Assembly (NCBI GenBank): GCA_024137785.1
Contig: JAHRHZ010000084.1
Coordinates: forward strand, 7,031,573-7,095,572
DNA length: 64,000 bases
Reading direction: 5' to 3'
DNA from: Ginglymostoma cirratum
Lineage: Eukaryota
Numbering within the stretch: the stretch's first letter is position 1; every line of letters begins with the position of its first letter. Positions 50,135-63,937 of the stretch are shown here, piece after piece. The translations under genes and the position numbers were made by a program. The notes under the pieces were generated by a model. That model made no database searches and was not told the origin of the DNA. It saw only the letters and a list, made by a program, of their open reading frames with translations.

Positions 50135-51470
50135 GGTAAGTATTCACCAGTGAGAAGGATCTTGACGTTTGTGAGGACAGTGTGAAACAGGCTGATATGC
50201 TCAAACAGGTTGATGTTAAGAAGGACAATATGCTAGAAATTTTGAAAAAACATGTGGATAGATAAGTCCCTTGGGCCAGATGGGATATACCCAAGGTTTT
50301 TACAGGAAGCAAAGGAAGAGATTGCCACGCCTTTGGCAATGATCTTTGCATCCTCACTATCCACTGAAGAAGTACTAGATGATTGGAGGATGGAGGAAAT
50401 AGGGATAATACTGGGAATTACAGACCAGTCAGTGTTACTTCTGTGGTGGGCAAATTATTGGAGAGGATTCTGAGAAATAGTATTTATGATTATTTGGAAA
50501 AGCATAGTTTGATTATAAATAATCAACATGGCTTTGTGAGGGGCAGGTTAGCCTCACAAGTCTTATTGAATTCTTTGAGGATGTGACAAAACACATTGAA
50601 GAAGGTCGAGCAGTGGATGTGGCATATATGGATTTTAGCAAGGCATTTGATAAGGTTCCCCCTGGTAGGCTAATTCAGAAAGTTAGGAGGCATGGGATTC
50701 AGGGAAATTTAGCTGTCTGGATACAGAATAGGCTGTCCATTAGAAAATAGAGGGCAGTAGTAGATGGAAAGTATTCAGCCTGGAGCTCGGTGACCAGTGG
50801 TGTTCTGCAGGGATCTGTTCTGGGACCTCTGCTCTTTGTGATATTTATAAATGACTAGAATGAGTAAGTGGAAGGGAGGGTTAGTAAATTTGCTGATGGC
50901 ACGAAGGTTGCTGGAGTTGTTGTTACTGTGGATAGCTATTGTAGATTGCGACAAAACATTGACAGGAGGCAGAGCTGGGCAAAGAAGTGGCAGATGGAAT
51001 TCAACCCAGAAAAATGTGAAGTGATTAATTTTGGAAGGTTGAATTTGAATGCAGAATACAGGGTTAATGGCAGAATTCTTGGCAGTGTGGAGGAACAGAG
51101 GGATCTTGGGGTCGACGTCCATAGATCCCTCAAAGTTGTTACCCAAGTTGATAGGGTTGTTAAGAAGGTGTATGGTGTTTTGGCTTTCATTGGCAGAGGA
51201 ATTGAGTTTAAGAGCTGCAAGGTTATGTTGCAGCTCTGTAAAACACGAGTCAGACCACACTTGGAATACGCTGTTCAGTTTGGTCACCTCATTAGAGGAA
51301 GGATGTGGAAGCTTTAGAGAGGTTGCAGAGGGGATTTATGAGGAAGCTGCATGGACTGGAGGGCAGGTCTTGTGAGGAAACGTTGAGGGAGCTGGAGATT
51401 TTCTCACTGGAGCGAAGAAGGATGTTCATTTGACTTCCTAAGGGTCTATTTCTATGCTGTATAACTCTAT
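50135..51470 (+). mobile_element. CR1 LINE RT domain, frameshifted
   Basis: DKSLGPDGIYPRFL, GNYRPVSVTSVVGKLLE, YMDFSKAFDKV, SKFADGTK, RPHLEYAVQF. Confidence 0.92.
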
Positions 51471-52119
51471 TCAGAATATTGATTGTGCACCAAACAAAAA
51501 TGTTAAAGTGATATCAGTTAATGAATGACATGGAAAAGCGTTGAAAGTCAACTTGAAATCAAACACTGGGGTTGAGTGTGTGCATTTGTTGGGTGAGAAC
51601 GTTGAAATCTTTCAGTTGTCAAACCTAATTTAGCCTTTTCAATTTTAGTTTGTACTTTGCATTAATATGAAATCTGCAGTTTAAATTCTCCAATTACTTA
51701 CCTTAAACCCCTTAAACCATTTTTTTCCCACAAGGATTGAAGTGAAAATGCAGTTTAATTAAGAAACAGCTGAAACTGGATCCTTATTACATGCCATTTG
51801 TGTTGGGAACATGTATAAGTAGACACCTTAGTGCAAGTTAGTTGAGAGTTTCAGAGTTAGGTGTCTCAATGAGTTTAGTGGAAGAAGGAGAGAGATACAC
51901 AGTGTCTTATTTGCCAAAAAAAAGCAGCCAAGCAGTGAGTAGAATTCATCAGAATTTAAGTGAAATACTTAGTTCAATTTAGTTTGTATTTGGGACTCCA
52001 GACAATTTTCTCTTTTTTTAAAATCTATTCAAGTAGAAGATTGATAATGGTATTGATACACTTACAGTAATGTTTGACAAGCACAATTACTTAATAAACT
52101 AAATTAAACTATATATGAC

Positions 52120-52940
52120 AGATGTGACAGGTCAGGTTACTGCTGCAGGATGTGGGAGCTGATGAACACCAATGTGATCCACAGTGAACTCATTTGTAGC
52201 AAATGTTTGCAGCTCAAATTTGGATGAGTGGATAAGCTGGAGTCCGAGCTGCAGGCAATGATTCATGTCAGGGAGGATGAGAGTTACTTGGACAGAATGC
52301 CACATCCCTCGGATTAGGCCATTCAACTTCAGCCTATGATCAGTTACAAAAATGCGCAACAACAGATCTGGAAACCTAAGGGATAGCTTTTAAGGAGGCT
52401 CAGTCCCTGAAAATACTCCAACAATTACAAGGGTCTTTCAAGCTATGTGAATAAGAATGGGGTGTGCTGGGAGTATGATCAAGCTCACCATGTTACAAAT
52501 AAATTCTCAAAAAGTAAGAACATAGTACTGGTAGGGAGCAATATTATTAGAGGGCATGAGCCCAAAGGCTGTATTGCCTGTCTAATGCAAGGGTTAAGGA
52601 TTGGAGAGGAACTCGGAGGGATGGAGAGAGAGCCAGTTGTCATTGTCTATATTGGTATCAATGACATTGTGAGATCTAAGAAGGGTTTTTTTTTTAGAAA
52701 GAACTTGAATAGTTAGGAGCTAAATTGAAAATCAGAACTTTCAGGTAATAATAATCAGAGTTATTCCTCAAGCCACAATCAGATAGGCCAAATTAAGTAA
52801 AGTCATGGAGTTAAATGCACATCTGAAAGTTTAGTGTGGGATGAATAGGTTTCAGGTGATGGGGCATTGGCACAAGTACTGGCGTAGAAAGATGCTGTTC
52901 CAGTGGTACCTGTTTCACTTCAACCGCGCTGGGAGTAATT
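52120..52940 (+). mobile_element. CR1 ORF1 remnant (zinc finger plus SGNH esterase)
   Basis: CCRMWELMNTNVIHSELICSKCLQL, IVLVGSNIIRG, PVVIVYIGINDI. Confidence 0.7.
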
Positions 52941-53869
52941 GAAAACTCTGGAGAGGAGATTTGTATTTTTCCAAATCAAAAGGGTATGCCCCGAAGGGTC
53001 TTCGACTCTCGAGGAGAAGCACGTTAATTTCAAGCTCCCCCAATCTACTGCTGGTCTTTTCTACCCAAAGCCGACAGCATGATCAAATTCACCATTATGT
53101 TCTAAATGGCCTAAGCTAAGCGATGTATCGCTAATCAGTTGAAGGGGCTTATGACCATTCTCTAAAGTGTTTTTAAGGGTGTTGGGCATAGACTGATGCC
53201 CACCCACCCCCCACCCCATTATCTCATAATTCGTTCTTTAAGTTGTCAATTACCCATGGGTCCATCTTCTTCATTAAGTTTTGTTGCTGTGTGGCGTGTT
53301 GACCATGCGCAGCATGGGGTTAACACGTTGATTCAGGATTAAGACAGTCGCTTGCACTCAATGTTGGTGGTTGGAGAACGAGGAACCGCGGGATAGAAAC
53401 CATGATTGATAAGACTGTGGTCGACAGAAGGATCTGAATTAATGTGATTGAAAGAAATGCGCCGGTTTCTTCAAACTACAGCCCCACACGTGAAGTCACT
53501 AATCTCTGATACATTTCATCATCTCGTGTTTTGTAAAGCCATTCAATCGGAATTGTTGCATGTCCTTTGCTTAACAGCGTCCATTTGATTTCCATTGTCC
53601 GCAACTGTTCCGTCTTGCAGCTAGCCCACTCGGGCCTTAGTGTTTAAAATATTATTAATCCTGCACTTCATTTGTAATTTTAGTTTCATTTTTGAGATGC
53701 TTATTCGCATTTTACATTAGTTTTCAGGCAGTTTTTGCAGTCCAATCCCTCCCTTCAAAGCAGCGATTAAAGGAACAAATCATGCTGTGTTGCACATTCC
53801 CATTATTTCTAGAGGACTCAAAGGTAATGTTTCAGTGATGGTGTCATGGTGAAGACAAGTTCCTGGACC

Positions 53870-54175
53870 ACGGAGAAGTGAACAACGAAGTTAGCGCACT
53901 GCCTGACAGCACCAAGGGCACGGGTTCGATTCCAAACTCGGGCGACTGCCTGTGTGAAGTTTGCACATTGTCAGAGTGCCTGCGTGGGTTTCCTTCGGGT
54001 GCTCTGGCTTCCTCCCACAGTCCACAGAAGTGCAGGTTAGGTGGATTGGCTATGTCAAAGTGCCCATAGTGTCTAGGGTGATAAATGTAGGGATAGGGTA
54101 GATCAGGGTGGGATGCTCTGCGTTGGGGCAGTGTGGATTCGATGGGTCAAATGGCCTGCTTCTACGATTCTAGGA
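53870..54175 (+). mobile_element. HE1-like V-SINE
   Basis: gggttcgattcca B box, tgcgtgggtttccttcgggtgctc V-domain. Confidence 0.8.
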
Positions 54176-55034
54176 ATCATGGAGGGAATGTATGAGATTT
54201 TCAGCATATCTCAAGAACCAGCGCCATTCTCCGATGAAGCTACATTCAGCCGCTAAATGTTTCACATTTCTTTTCAGACTCCTGCCGGAGTCAGTTACAA
54301 CTTTGACGGTATCATTCTTTAGAATCTTCCCCTCATTTATAACTTCACTGAAGACATCGGCACCTCATAGCACAAATTGACCCATTTGTTGATATTTTGT
54401 TTTGACATTTTAAAACCAAATTATATGTGCTCTGTCGATTACACCATCTCATATATCTTTCGGTGTTCTTGCTGATTGAATTAACACTAACACCTGGAGG
54501 TCTTATATTTCCATTACTCCTTTGCAGATGCTGCTAACCCCAACTATCGTTTTACAGCATCACGACATTTATTGGGAATACCAAAAATAATGGTGTTAAT
54601 GATCATTGTCGGGAATTAATTGAAGCTGAGGTACTGTCAAAGGCAAGCCACACATTTATGACAACACCGAAATTGAAATTCAATAAATAACTCTATGCTA
54701 ACTGATAAGATAGGGAAATGAATGTTCCTTGAAGGTTGACATTTAGAACATAATTTTCACATTGGAAGTGAAAAACAAATCAACCCAGAGCAATAGCTTC
54801 TACAGCATTGTTTCCATTACACCTTCACAACAAATGTACCTCACAAAGGATAACAATCTCGTCTGGTCATTTGGAGTTAACAGTTGTGATACCGATGAAA
54901 GACTTTTTATTCAAAAGGGAACGTGGGGACTAAATATGGGATTTTAATGCTCATATAATATTTTAATATTTAAGAAGGAGATGAACAAATATTTTTTCTC
55001 AGAAAGCGATACTATTTGGACTTTTCCAAAGGTA

Positions 55035-57600
55035 ACCTTCTTCGCTAATAATCCACACCTCCAATTTTGTTGTCATCTGCAAACTTACTAACCATACCTC
55101 CTGTGTTGACAACTAAATCATTTGCATATTTGATGAAAAGCAGGGGACCCAGCACTGATCCTTGTTGCACACTGCTGGTCACAGGCCGTCAGCCTGATAA
55201 CAACATTCCAGCAGCACGCTCTGTCTTTTACCTTTGAGCCAGTTCTGTATCCAAATAGCTAGTTCTTCATCTATTTCATGTGATCTAGTCTTGCTAACCA
55301 GTCTATCATGAGGAACCTTGTTGAACACCTTACTGAAGTCTATATAGACGATGTCCGCTGTTATTTCCCTCATCATCCTCTTCATAACTTTTCTTCAAAA
55401 AATTCAATCAAGGTAGTGAGACATGACTTCCCAAGAAAAAAAACCACATTGACTATACCTAAGCAGTCCTTGCCTTTACAAATACATGTAAATCCTGTCC
55501 GTCAGGATTCCCTCCAACAATTTGCCCACCACCAATTTCAGGTTCACCAGTCTGTAAATTCCTGGCTTTTCCTCACAACTTACGTTAAATAGTGGCACCA
55601 CATTAGCCAACCTCCAGTCTTCCGGCACCTCACCTGTGGCTATCAATGATAAAAATATCTCAGCAAGGGAAGCAGCAATCACTTGCATAGTTTCCAACAA
55701 AGTTCAAGGGTTCATCTGATCAGGTCCCGGCGATTTATCCAACTTTAGGCTTTTTATGATGTTCAGCACCTCCTCCTCTGTAATATGGACATTTATCAAG
55801 ACGTCACTATTTATTTCCCCACCTTCTCTATCTTCTATATCCTTCTCCCCAGTAAACACTGACGCAAAATATTCATTTAGATCACCCCCATCTCCTACAG
55901 TTCCGCACATAGGTGGCCTTGCTGATCTTTAAAGGGCCCTAGTTACCCTTTATCCTTAATATATTTGTAGAATCCATCTGGATGCTCCTTAACCCTATTT
56001 ACCAAAGCTATCTCATGTCTCATTTTTGCCTTCCTGATTTCCCTCTTAAGTATGCTACTACTGACGTTATACTCTTCTAGGGATTCAGACGATCTTGCTG
56101 TCTGTACCTGACATATGCTTCCTTTTTATTCTTTACCTAAACATCCAATTGTCTAGTCATCCAGTATTACTACACACACCAGACTTGACCTTCACCCTAA
56201 CAGAAAGAAACCGTCTCTGGAATCTCGTTGTCACATTTTTGAAGGCTTCCCATTTTCCAGCTGTCTATTGACCTGCAAACATCCACCCCCAATCAACTTC
56301 TGAAAGTTCTTGCCGAAACCCATCACAATTGGCCTTCCTCCAACTTAGAAATTCAACTTTTAGATCCAGTCTATCCTTTTCCATCATTATTTTAAACCTA
56401 ATTGAATTATGGTCACTGGCCCCTAAGTGATCCCAACATTAACACCTCAGTCACCTGCCCTGCCTGATTTCCCAAGAGTAGGTCAAGTTTTGCACCTTCT
56501 CTGGCAGGCACATACACTTACTACCTAAGAAAATGTTTGTGTACGCACTTAACAAATTCCTCTCCATCTTAGACTTCAACATCGTAGCAATCCCAGTCTA
56601 TGTTTGGAAAATTAAGATCGCCTATTGTTACCACCCTATTGATTTACAAATAATTAAGATCTCCTTAAGAATTTGTTCCTCAATTTCCCGCTGCCTGTTG
56701 AGGGGTAGGAGGGTGGTTTCTATAGAGCAATCCCAATAATGTGCTCGTCATTTTCTTATTTCTCAGTTCCACCCAAGTAACTTCCCTAGACACATTCCCA
56801 GGAATATCCTCCCAAAGTGTAGCCACAATTTTGAAATAAATGCACTTTAATTGATCAGTTCTACCTCGTTCTCTGCTTTGTTCCTGCCTGCCATGACTAT
56901 TTGACTTAATCCTTTTCTGAACTGTACCAGTCTCAGACTGATCTCTTTCCTCATTATCTCTCAGGGTCCCCTCCCCCAACAATACCACTATTAATTTTAA
57001 ATCCTCCTGAGCAGGTCTAGCAAATCTCCCCTCCAATATATTAGTCCCCTTCCAATTCAGGTACAACCCGTCCTTCTTCTACCAGAGGAGTTTCAAATGT
57101 TCCAAAAATGTGAATCGTTCTCCACTGCACCAGTTCCTCAGCCACACATTCATCTGCTCTATCCTCCTTTTTCTACACTTCGTTTTATTCAAGTAGTTCT
57201 CCAACCACAGATGTTAAACGCATCGGCTTGTAGTTTTTATGTTTATCTCGAACACTGTTCTTTATAAATGGTACCACATTAGCTATCCTCCAATCTTCTG
57301 GCATCCCCGTTGTGGCTGGAGAGAACTTAGGCATGGATATCAGAGACCCTGCAATCTCCTCCCTTGCATCCCACAAATGCCTTGGACACTTCTCACATGG
57401 ACCTGAGCGTTTGTGTACTTCCAAATATGTTAAAACTGTTAATCCTTCTTCCCTCTCAATGATAACTTGTTGAAGTATATTACAGTATGCCTCCCTGATC
57501 TACATTGTCCTTCTCTTTTGTGAATACAGATGCAAAGTACTCATTTAAAAACTCAGCTGTGTCCTCAGGTTTCACACACAGATTGCCACTTTTATCGTTA
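55035..57600 (-). mobile_element. CR1 LINE fragments (ORF1 end, endonuclease, RT); at least two pieces
   Basis: HLNWKGTNIL, WVELRNKK, LNEYFASVFT, DKSPGPD, PEDWRLANVVPLF, YIDFSKVFNKVPH. Confidence 0.88.
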
Positions 57601-59189
57601 CTTTTTCCTTTACTTGTTCTACATTTCTTGTTGAAAATTAATAAATTGGTCTGGGGTGTGGGTGTTTAATTTGTTTAACCTGGTCATTGGTTCTCATCTA
57701 AAGTCAAAATCAATGAGCAATGAACTTACTGCTGGTCTTCCTCAATTTAACAGCTTTACGAGTTTTCAAAGATATTTTCCCAAAGTTAACTGTTTGGATT
57801 TAGGACAGTAAATCCGCCTCATTGTGTGTACACAACATCCCATTCCAGATTGGAACCTTCACACCGAGGACATCAGCAGAATAGCTTTGGAACAGGGCCC
57901 TGCCCAATACAGCACTCCTATCAAAACAAACGTACCAGGTTCCACCAACTATCTGACAAAGTTGTCCAAAGCCATTCGCACTTCAATTAATCAAAGCTAT
58001 TTGACATTAGTGATACACTGAATCAACTGGACATCAAGTCTGAAATGTTGTAGAAAATATACTTGTTCACAAGCTTGCTGACTAAGAGTGCTGCCGGAGT
58101 TTACATTGTAGTTTATATAATATGATCAATGGCCCCATTGAGTATTGATCAAGTTAAATTGACTGTACAGTATTTCACTGTAGCATTCATCCAAATTTCT
58201 GTAATTACTGTGACAAATAGTTGTTGAATATACTGGAGAATCAGGATGATTGGCTACTAATGGCATTTCTCCATGGATTCACAGATTTACCACGTGATTT
58301 TACTTTTTTTTTACCTTTGTAATGTTAACGCTTATAGGGTAGTACGTATCTACAATTGTTTCTTCAGCTGAGCTATACAATCATTAATACAGTACAGCAT
58401 TCAGCCGATGTATTCTGAATCTGGGCACCATTCAGCTGCATGGTTCCCGATACCTGAATACTATTAATGACCACGAACCTACTTTCACAATCTTAAATGT
58501 TCACATCTTCAGCCTTTTGGACAGCAAGTTCCAGATTCCTCTGAATCGTTGTGTGAAAAAGAGATGTTTCCTCTTTTCATTCATGAATGTTTGGAGTAAA
58601 TTTTAAAGATATTCTCCTGTTTTGAATTTTAACTAATGTCAGTTCAGCAATGGAGATCTGGTCCAATAAGGAGAATTTATGTTTGAAAAGTGAATTAGGT
58701 AGACCTGAAACGGGATCTAGGTTACAGGCATTATTGCAAGCTAAGTCGTGCACGAGCATTAACATTTCAAGGAATAACATTCATAAGGAAAAAAGTAATG
58801 TTAAAGTGGTATCAGACTTGGCTAGATCACACTTGGATTTTTTTTGCACAAAATCCGCTCGAGGACTGCACATCAGAACAACTTATCAGAACATGCCGGG
58901 AAAATGCTCTCCAGAAAATTGAGGGCTGAGGCTGACCTGATCAACACTTGTCAAATCATGAAAGAAACTCAGCACGTCTGGCAGCATGTGTGTAGAGAGA
59001 TACAATGTTAATGTTATGAGTCCACTAGGACTCTTCTTCAGAATTGAAGGGGGTTGCAAAGTTGTTTTTATGCTGATGACCTAGGGTTATGTTTCGGGGT
59101 GGGGGTGAGATGGGTGGGGTTCCTGGGGATTGGGGGCAATTAGAAAGCAAAATGTACGCATTGTGAGGGTGCCCAGAGTAAAAGATACA

Positions 59190-60220
59190 AACCATAAGAC
59201 TATAACACATTGGAGCAGAAGAGGACATTCAGTTCAACAAGTCAGCTCCACCTACATTGAGGTAATGGCTGATCTAATAATCTCATTTTCTGCCTTTTCA
59301 CTATAACCCTTGATTCCATTACCTGTTTAAAAACCTATCTATCTCAGATTTGAATATCATTAAAGACACAGTTTTTACAGCTCTCCGTGGGAAGGAATTC
59401 CTCAGATTCACTACTGTCTGAGAGAAGAAATTCCTTTGCATCTTTATCTTAAATGTGCAAAACCTGATTCTGAGATTATGTCCTCTAAACTAAGCTTTCC
59501 CACGAGGTGATACAACCTTTCAGCATCTAACCTGTCAGGTCCCATAAGAATCGCCTATCTTTTAATAAAATTGCTTCTCACTCTAAATTCCATTGATTAA
59601 CCTATTCAGCCTGTCTTCATGAGTCGCTCCCTCTGTACCTGGTATCAGCTTAGTGAAATTTTCCTGGTCGGCCTCCAATGCCAGTATGTCTTTCATTAGA
59701 TAACGGTAATAAAGCTGTTCATAGTTTAAAAACTACTGTCTGATTTGTGCCTTGCATACTTTTAACAAGTTCTCCCTACTGTGTACTCCATTCGCTTTGA
59801 CATAAAGGGCAATATTCTATTTGCCTTCTCTATTAACTTTTAAGCTTGGATTCTAGCATTTTTGTGATTCGTGGACAAGGACTCAAAAATCTTTCTTTTC
59901 CATAGCTTCCTTCAGGTCCTTTATTCTTCCTGGCAAAGTGTGCTCCCTCACATTTTTCAAATTATTGCCCACTCATGTAAAATGTTTATATTCCTCTGCA
60001 AAACCTGGTCATCCTCACCAATTGACTTCCCAACTGCTTTTGTGCCATCTGCAATGCTGGCCACAATGCTGTACTTCAATAAGTATACTTATTCCTCAGA
60101 TTCAATATACTTCAATAAGTATACTTCAATAAGAACAATAAGTGTACTTCAATAAGAATACTTCCTCATTCAAGTAATTATTAAATATTGCGAACAGTTG
60201 TGTCCACAACACTGAAACTC
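59190..60220 (-). mobile_element. Degenerate CR1 LINE
   Basis: Tail accataagactataac..ggagcagaa and reverse ORF2 C-terminal remnants. Confidence 0.7.
60071..60162. repeat. Degenerate tandem repeat of TACTTCAATAAG
   Basis: Four full copies plus partial copies visible. Confidence 0.7.
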
Positions 60221-60234
60221 ATCAAGCTCCATTA

Positions 60235-60955
60235 GAGTCATAGAGATGTAGGGCATGGAAACAGACCCTTTGGTCCAACTCGTCCATGCCGACCAGATGT
60301 CCCAAATTAATCTAGTCCCATTTGCCAGCATTTGTCCCATATGCCACTAAACAAATTATTTTCACGTACTCATCCAGATGCCTTTTAAATGTTGTAATCG
60401 TACCAGTCTCCACCACTGCTTCTGTCACCACCCTCTGCGTGAAAAGGTTACCCTTTAGGCCCCTTTTAAATCATTCCCCTGTCATCTGAAACCTATGCCC
60501 TCTAGTTTTAGACTCTCATGCCCTGGGGAAATGAACTCGGCTGTACCCTCTATCCATGCCCCTCATGATTTTATAAACCTCTATAAGGTTACCTCTCAGC
60601 CTCCAATGCTCCAGAGAAAGTAACCCCAGTCTTTTAAGCCATTCCCTATGGCTCAAACACTCCAACCCTGGCAACATCCTTGTAAATCTTTTCTGAATCC
60701 TTTCAAGTTTCACAACATCTTTCCTATAGCTGGGAGACCAGAATTGAATGCAGCATTCCAGAAGTGCCCTAACTAATGTCCTGCAACATGACCTCTCAAA
60801 TCCAATGTTCAATGCAATGACCAAGAAAGGCAAGTGTACCAAACACCTTCTTCACTAAACTGTCAACCTGCCATTCTACTTTCAAGGAACTATGAACCTG
60901 CACTCCAAGGTCTCTTAGTTCAGCAACACTGTCCAGGACATTGCCATTAAATGTA
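60235..60955 (-). mobile_element. CR1 LINE 3' portion
   Basis: ORF 60516-60842 LECCIQFWSPSYRKDVVKLERIQKRFTRMLPGL..RLRGNLIEVYKIMRG. Confidence 0.9.
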
Positions 60956-62534
60956 TTTGCAGGTTTCCATCCTGAACTGTGGAGGGAAGACCTCTATAAA
61001 AGATGAATTTAGAAACCATCCAAAAAAAAAAGCTTGATGTACTGTGGGGCCATGATTGGTTAACCTATAACAAGTAGAAGACAACAGCACCATCCTGACC
61101 AGCAAATCTTTTAATAAATTCAAAGTTAAAACTACGAGAATGGAGTGCAGCAAATTCAGATGGACACAGGTTACAGTACGTAAAGGGAGCATTGCAAATA
61201 AGGCAGTTAATGTCAAATTGACAAGTCGCAAGCTAAAAGACTGAGGGAGGGTTCCAGTGGAGGGGTTGCTTGGGAGTGGATGAAAAAGTCCATTAAGCAG
61301 CATGGGGACTTCTGCCCCAGAGTTCAACATCATCTTCTGTCTGAAATTCATTGAGGTGGGGGCATAATGGGAGAAATTAAATTATTTGCTGAGTATTGAT
61401 TGCCAGCATCTGAACATAAAACGAAAGTTCACCATAGTCTGACCACACTAGAGTGCTGCTCTCTAAATTAGATGGAAAATGAGACGGAAAATATTTTATG
61501 TTGATATCAGCCAGGGCAAGAATTAAGCTCACATATTTGGTGTCGCTCTGCATTACAAAACAGACATTCAAATTAACTAATCCTCATTGGAATAGTGAAT
61601 ACCTCGAGGCTATCGTGAATCAAGAGCAAGTTGTGGGATTAGAAGAAAGGATGAAGTCAGAGTGAAGGAGAGGCAGGGAAGAATCCAGAAGGGCAGCATT
61701 ATTTGTGAATGTTTGGAGCTTGTGTTCCTTAACAACTAAAAGGAAGAAAGTGATTCTTGTTACAGTTGTGCATGAAACAAAGTATAAAATTAACTGGCAA
61801 CTGGGACAGTCTGAGGTAGTACTGATGGAGAGAGTGGTTTAAGAGTGTGTATGTGATTGCACGTGGCACTGGTTATGGATGTGGGATGAGGTGGGATCAG
61901 TTGAGTATTATTGCTGACCAATTCTCCAGCACTTCCGCTGCATCTAGGGAGGATTAAATGATTATGGTAATAGCCCATCATGTCCACCCTCACTCGCATT
62001 TACAGTCCAGGAAGCAAACCATCTAAACCAAACGCCCAACCACTCTTCAGACAAAAGGCATTTCCAGTGTGCCCTGGCCAGACTCTTAATGCAATTTATT
62101 CATTCTACTCTCTCTACTTCTACATATTGTTAGTTTGCATCATCTGCTTCGGTCAACATCAGTCAAAATATTCATTAAATTCTCTAATTTTGCATATGGC
62201 CTCTCAGTATAATTCACTGTTTTGTACCAATAGCTACCACAAAACGTTTTGCCACCTGTTTACTAACTAAAGGTTGTAGAAGACATTTCAGCTCCATTTT
62301 ATTACAGCAGCCATTTGATTCTTAGGCTCTCTTTGCCAAATTATTTTCACCTTGAATTCCACTATCAATTTACTGTATTTGATCTGCTTGCACATGCGGA
62401 TATTTCTGACAGGGTATTTGAAAATGTGTACTAGTGCCCATACATGAATGTGTGTTAGACTGCCTAACTGCTTATGTACACTTATATCTTTTTTTTGTAA
62501 GTCTGTGTACATGTGCCAGAAAATCCTGTAAAGT

Positions 62535-63472
62535 CCTATTCAGGCATCATCTTCAGATGCTTCACCAATGACATTCCCTCCATCATAAGGTCAGAATGGG
62601 GGTGTTCACTGACGATTGCATTATGTTCAGCACCATTCGTGACTCCTCAGATACTAAAGCAGTCTGTGTTCAAATGCAACAAGATCTGGATAATATTCTG
62701 GCTTGGGCTGACAAGTGGCAAGTGACATTCACACCACGCAAATGCCAGGTTATGACCAGCACCAATAGAAGTCATTCTAACCACCACCCCTTGACATTTA
62801 GTGGTGTCACCATCGCTGAATTCCCCATTAGCAACATCCTGGGGGTTAATATCGACCACATAAACACAGTGGCTACAACAGCAGGCAAGAAGCTAGGAAT
62901 ACTGTGGCCAGTAACTCACCTCCTGATCCCTCAAAGCCTGTCCACCATCGACAAGGCACAAATCAGGAATGTGATGGAGTACTCCCCACTTGGCTGGATG
63001 AGTGTAGCCCCAACAATACTCAAGAAGCTTGACACCATCCAGGACAAAGCAGCCCGCTTGATTGGCATTACATCCACAAGCATCCATTCCATCCATCACC
63101 AATGCTCAGTAGCAGAATTGTGTACTATCTACAAGAGTCGCTGCAGAAATTCACCAAAGATCTTCATACAGCACCGTCCAAACCCATCACCACTTCTATC
63201 TAGAAGGACAAGGGCAGCAGATATATGGGAAGATCACCACCTCCAAGCTCCCCTCCAAGCCACTCACCATCACGACTGAAAATATATCACCGTTCCTTCA
63301 CTGTCGCTGAGCCAAAATCCTGGAATTACATCCTTAATGGCATTGTGTGTCAACCTACATTAGGTGAACTGCAGCAATTCAAGAAGGCGGCTCACCACCA
63401 CCTTCTCAAGGGCAACTAGGGCTGGGCAAGAAATGCTGGTCAGCCAGCGATGCCTACATCCCACAAATGAAC
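62535..63472 (+). mobile_element. LINE (CR1/L2 clade) RT C-terminus and 3' tail
   Basis: ORF 62596-63279 FTDDC..QQDLDNILAWADKWQVTF..KAQIRNVMEYSP, tail aaatgctggtcagccagcgatgcctacatcccacaaatgaa. Confidence 0.88.
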
Positions 63473-63937
63473 AGAAAAACATATTTTTTCTTGTTGGTTT
63501 ATCTACATTGGCTGCTGATCTAGCGAAGACTTCATTTTAAAAGTCTCGTCTCTGGTTTCACATCGCTTTAACAACTTGTTCTTGATGTAATTCTGATCTC
63601 TTCTTCATCTTTAATTTTCATTATTTGTGGATATGTCCTGGGGTTCAAAATTCCAAAGCTCTCTAATTCAATTCACAGACAAACCGCTGTCTACCTCCCT
63701 TTTAAAGCCTGCTGTTTGATCAAGCACCAGTACCTGATGTTACTCAGTCAAAGACAAAATTTGATAACGCTCCCTGTGAAGCGTCTGATGAACTTTATAC
63801 ATACGCTATACAATCGTCTTACTGTCACATGCTTTTCTGGCACGTGTACAAAGACATACAGAAATATATATAAGCTATATATAGCTATTGGTACTAAACA
63901 GTGAATTATACATGCTTGAGTGTGCGACTGTATAGCT

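Noticed and set aside
57729-57788. Possible 60-nt minus-strand exon (VNFGKISLKTRKAVKLRKTS, donor GTAAGT), perhaps joining a terminal exon near 53340-53433
   Set aside because: No recognisable homology and no supported upstream exons. Such splice-like pairs arise by chance.
60071-60162. Repeat-spacer-like pattern (CRISPR-like)
   Set aside because: 12-bp unit with irregular short spacers inside a eukaryotic LINE relic, consistent with slippage.
60947-61351. 134-aa hydrophobic ORF
   Set aside because: Largely antisense to a decayed CR1 RT fragment.
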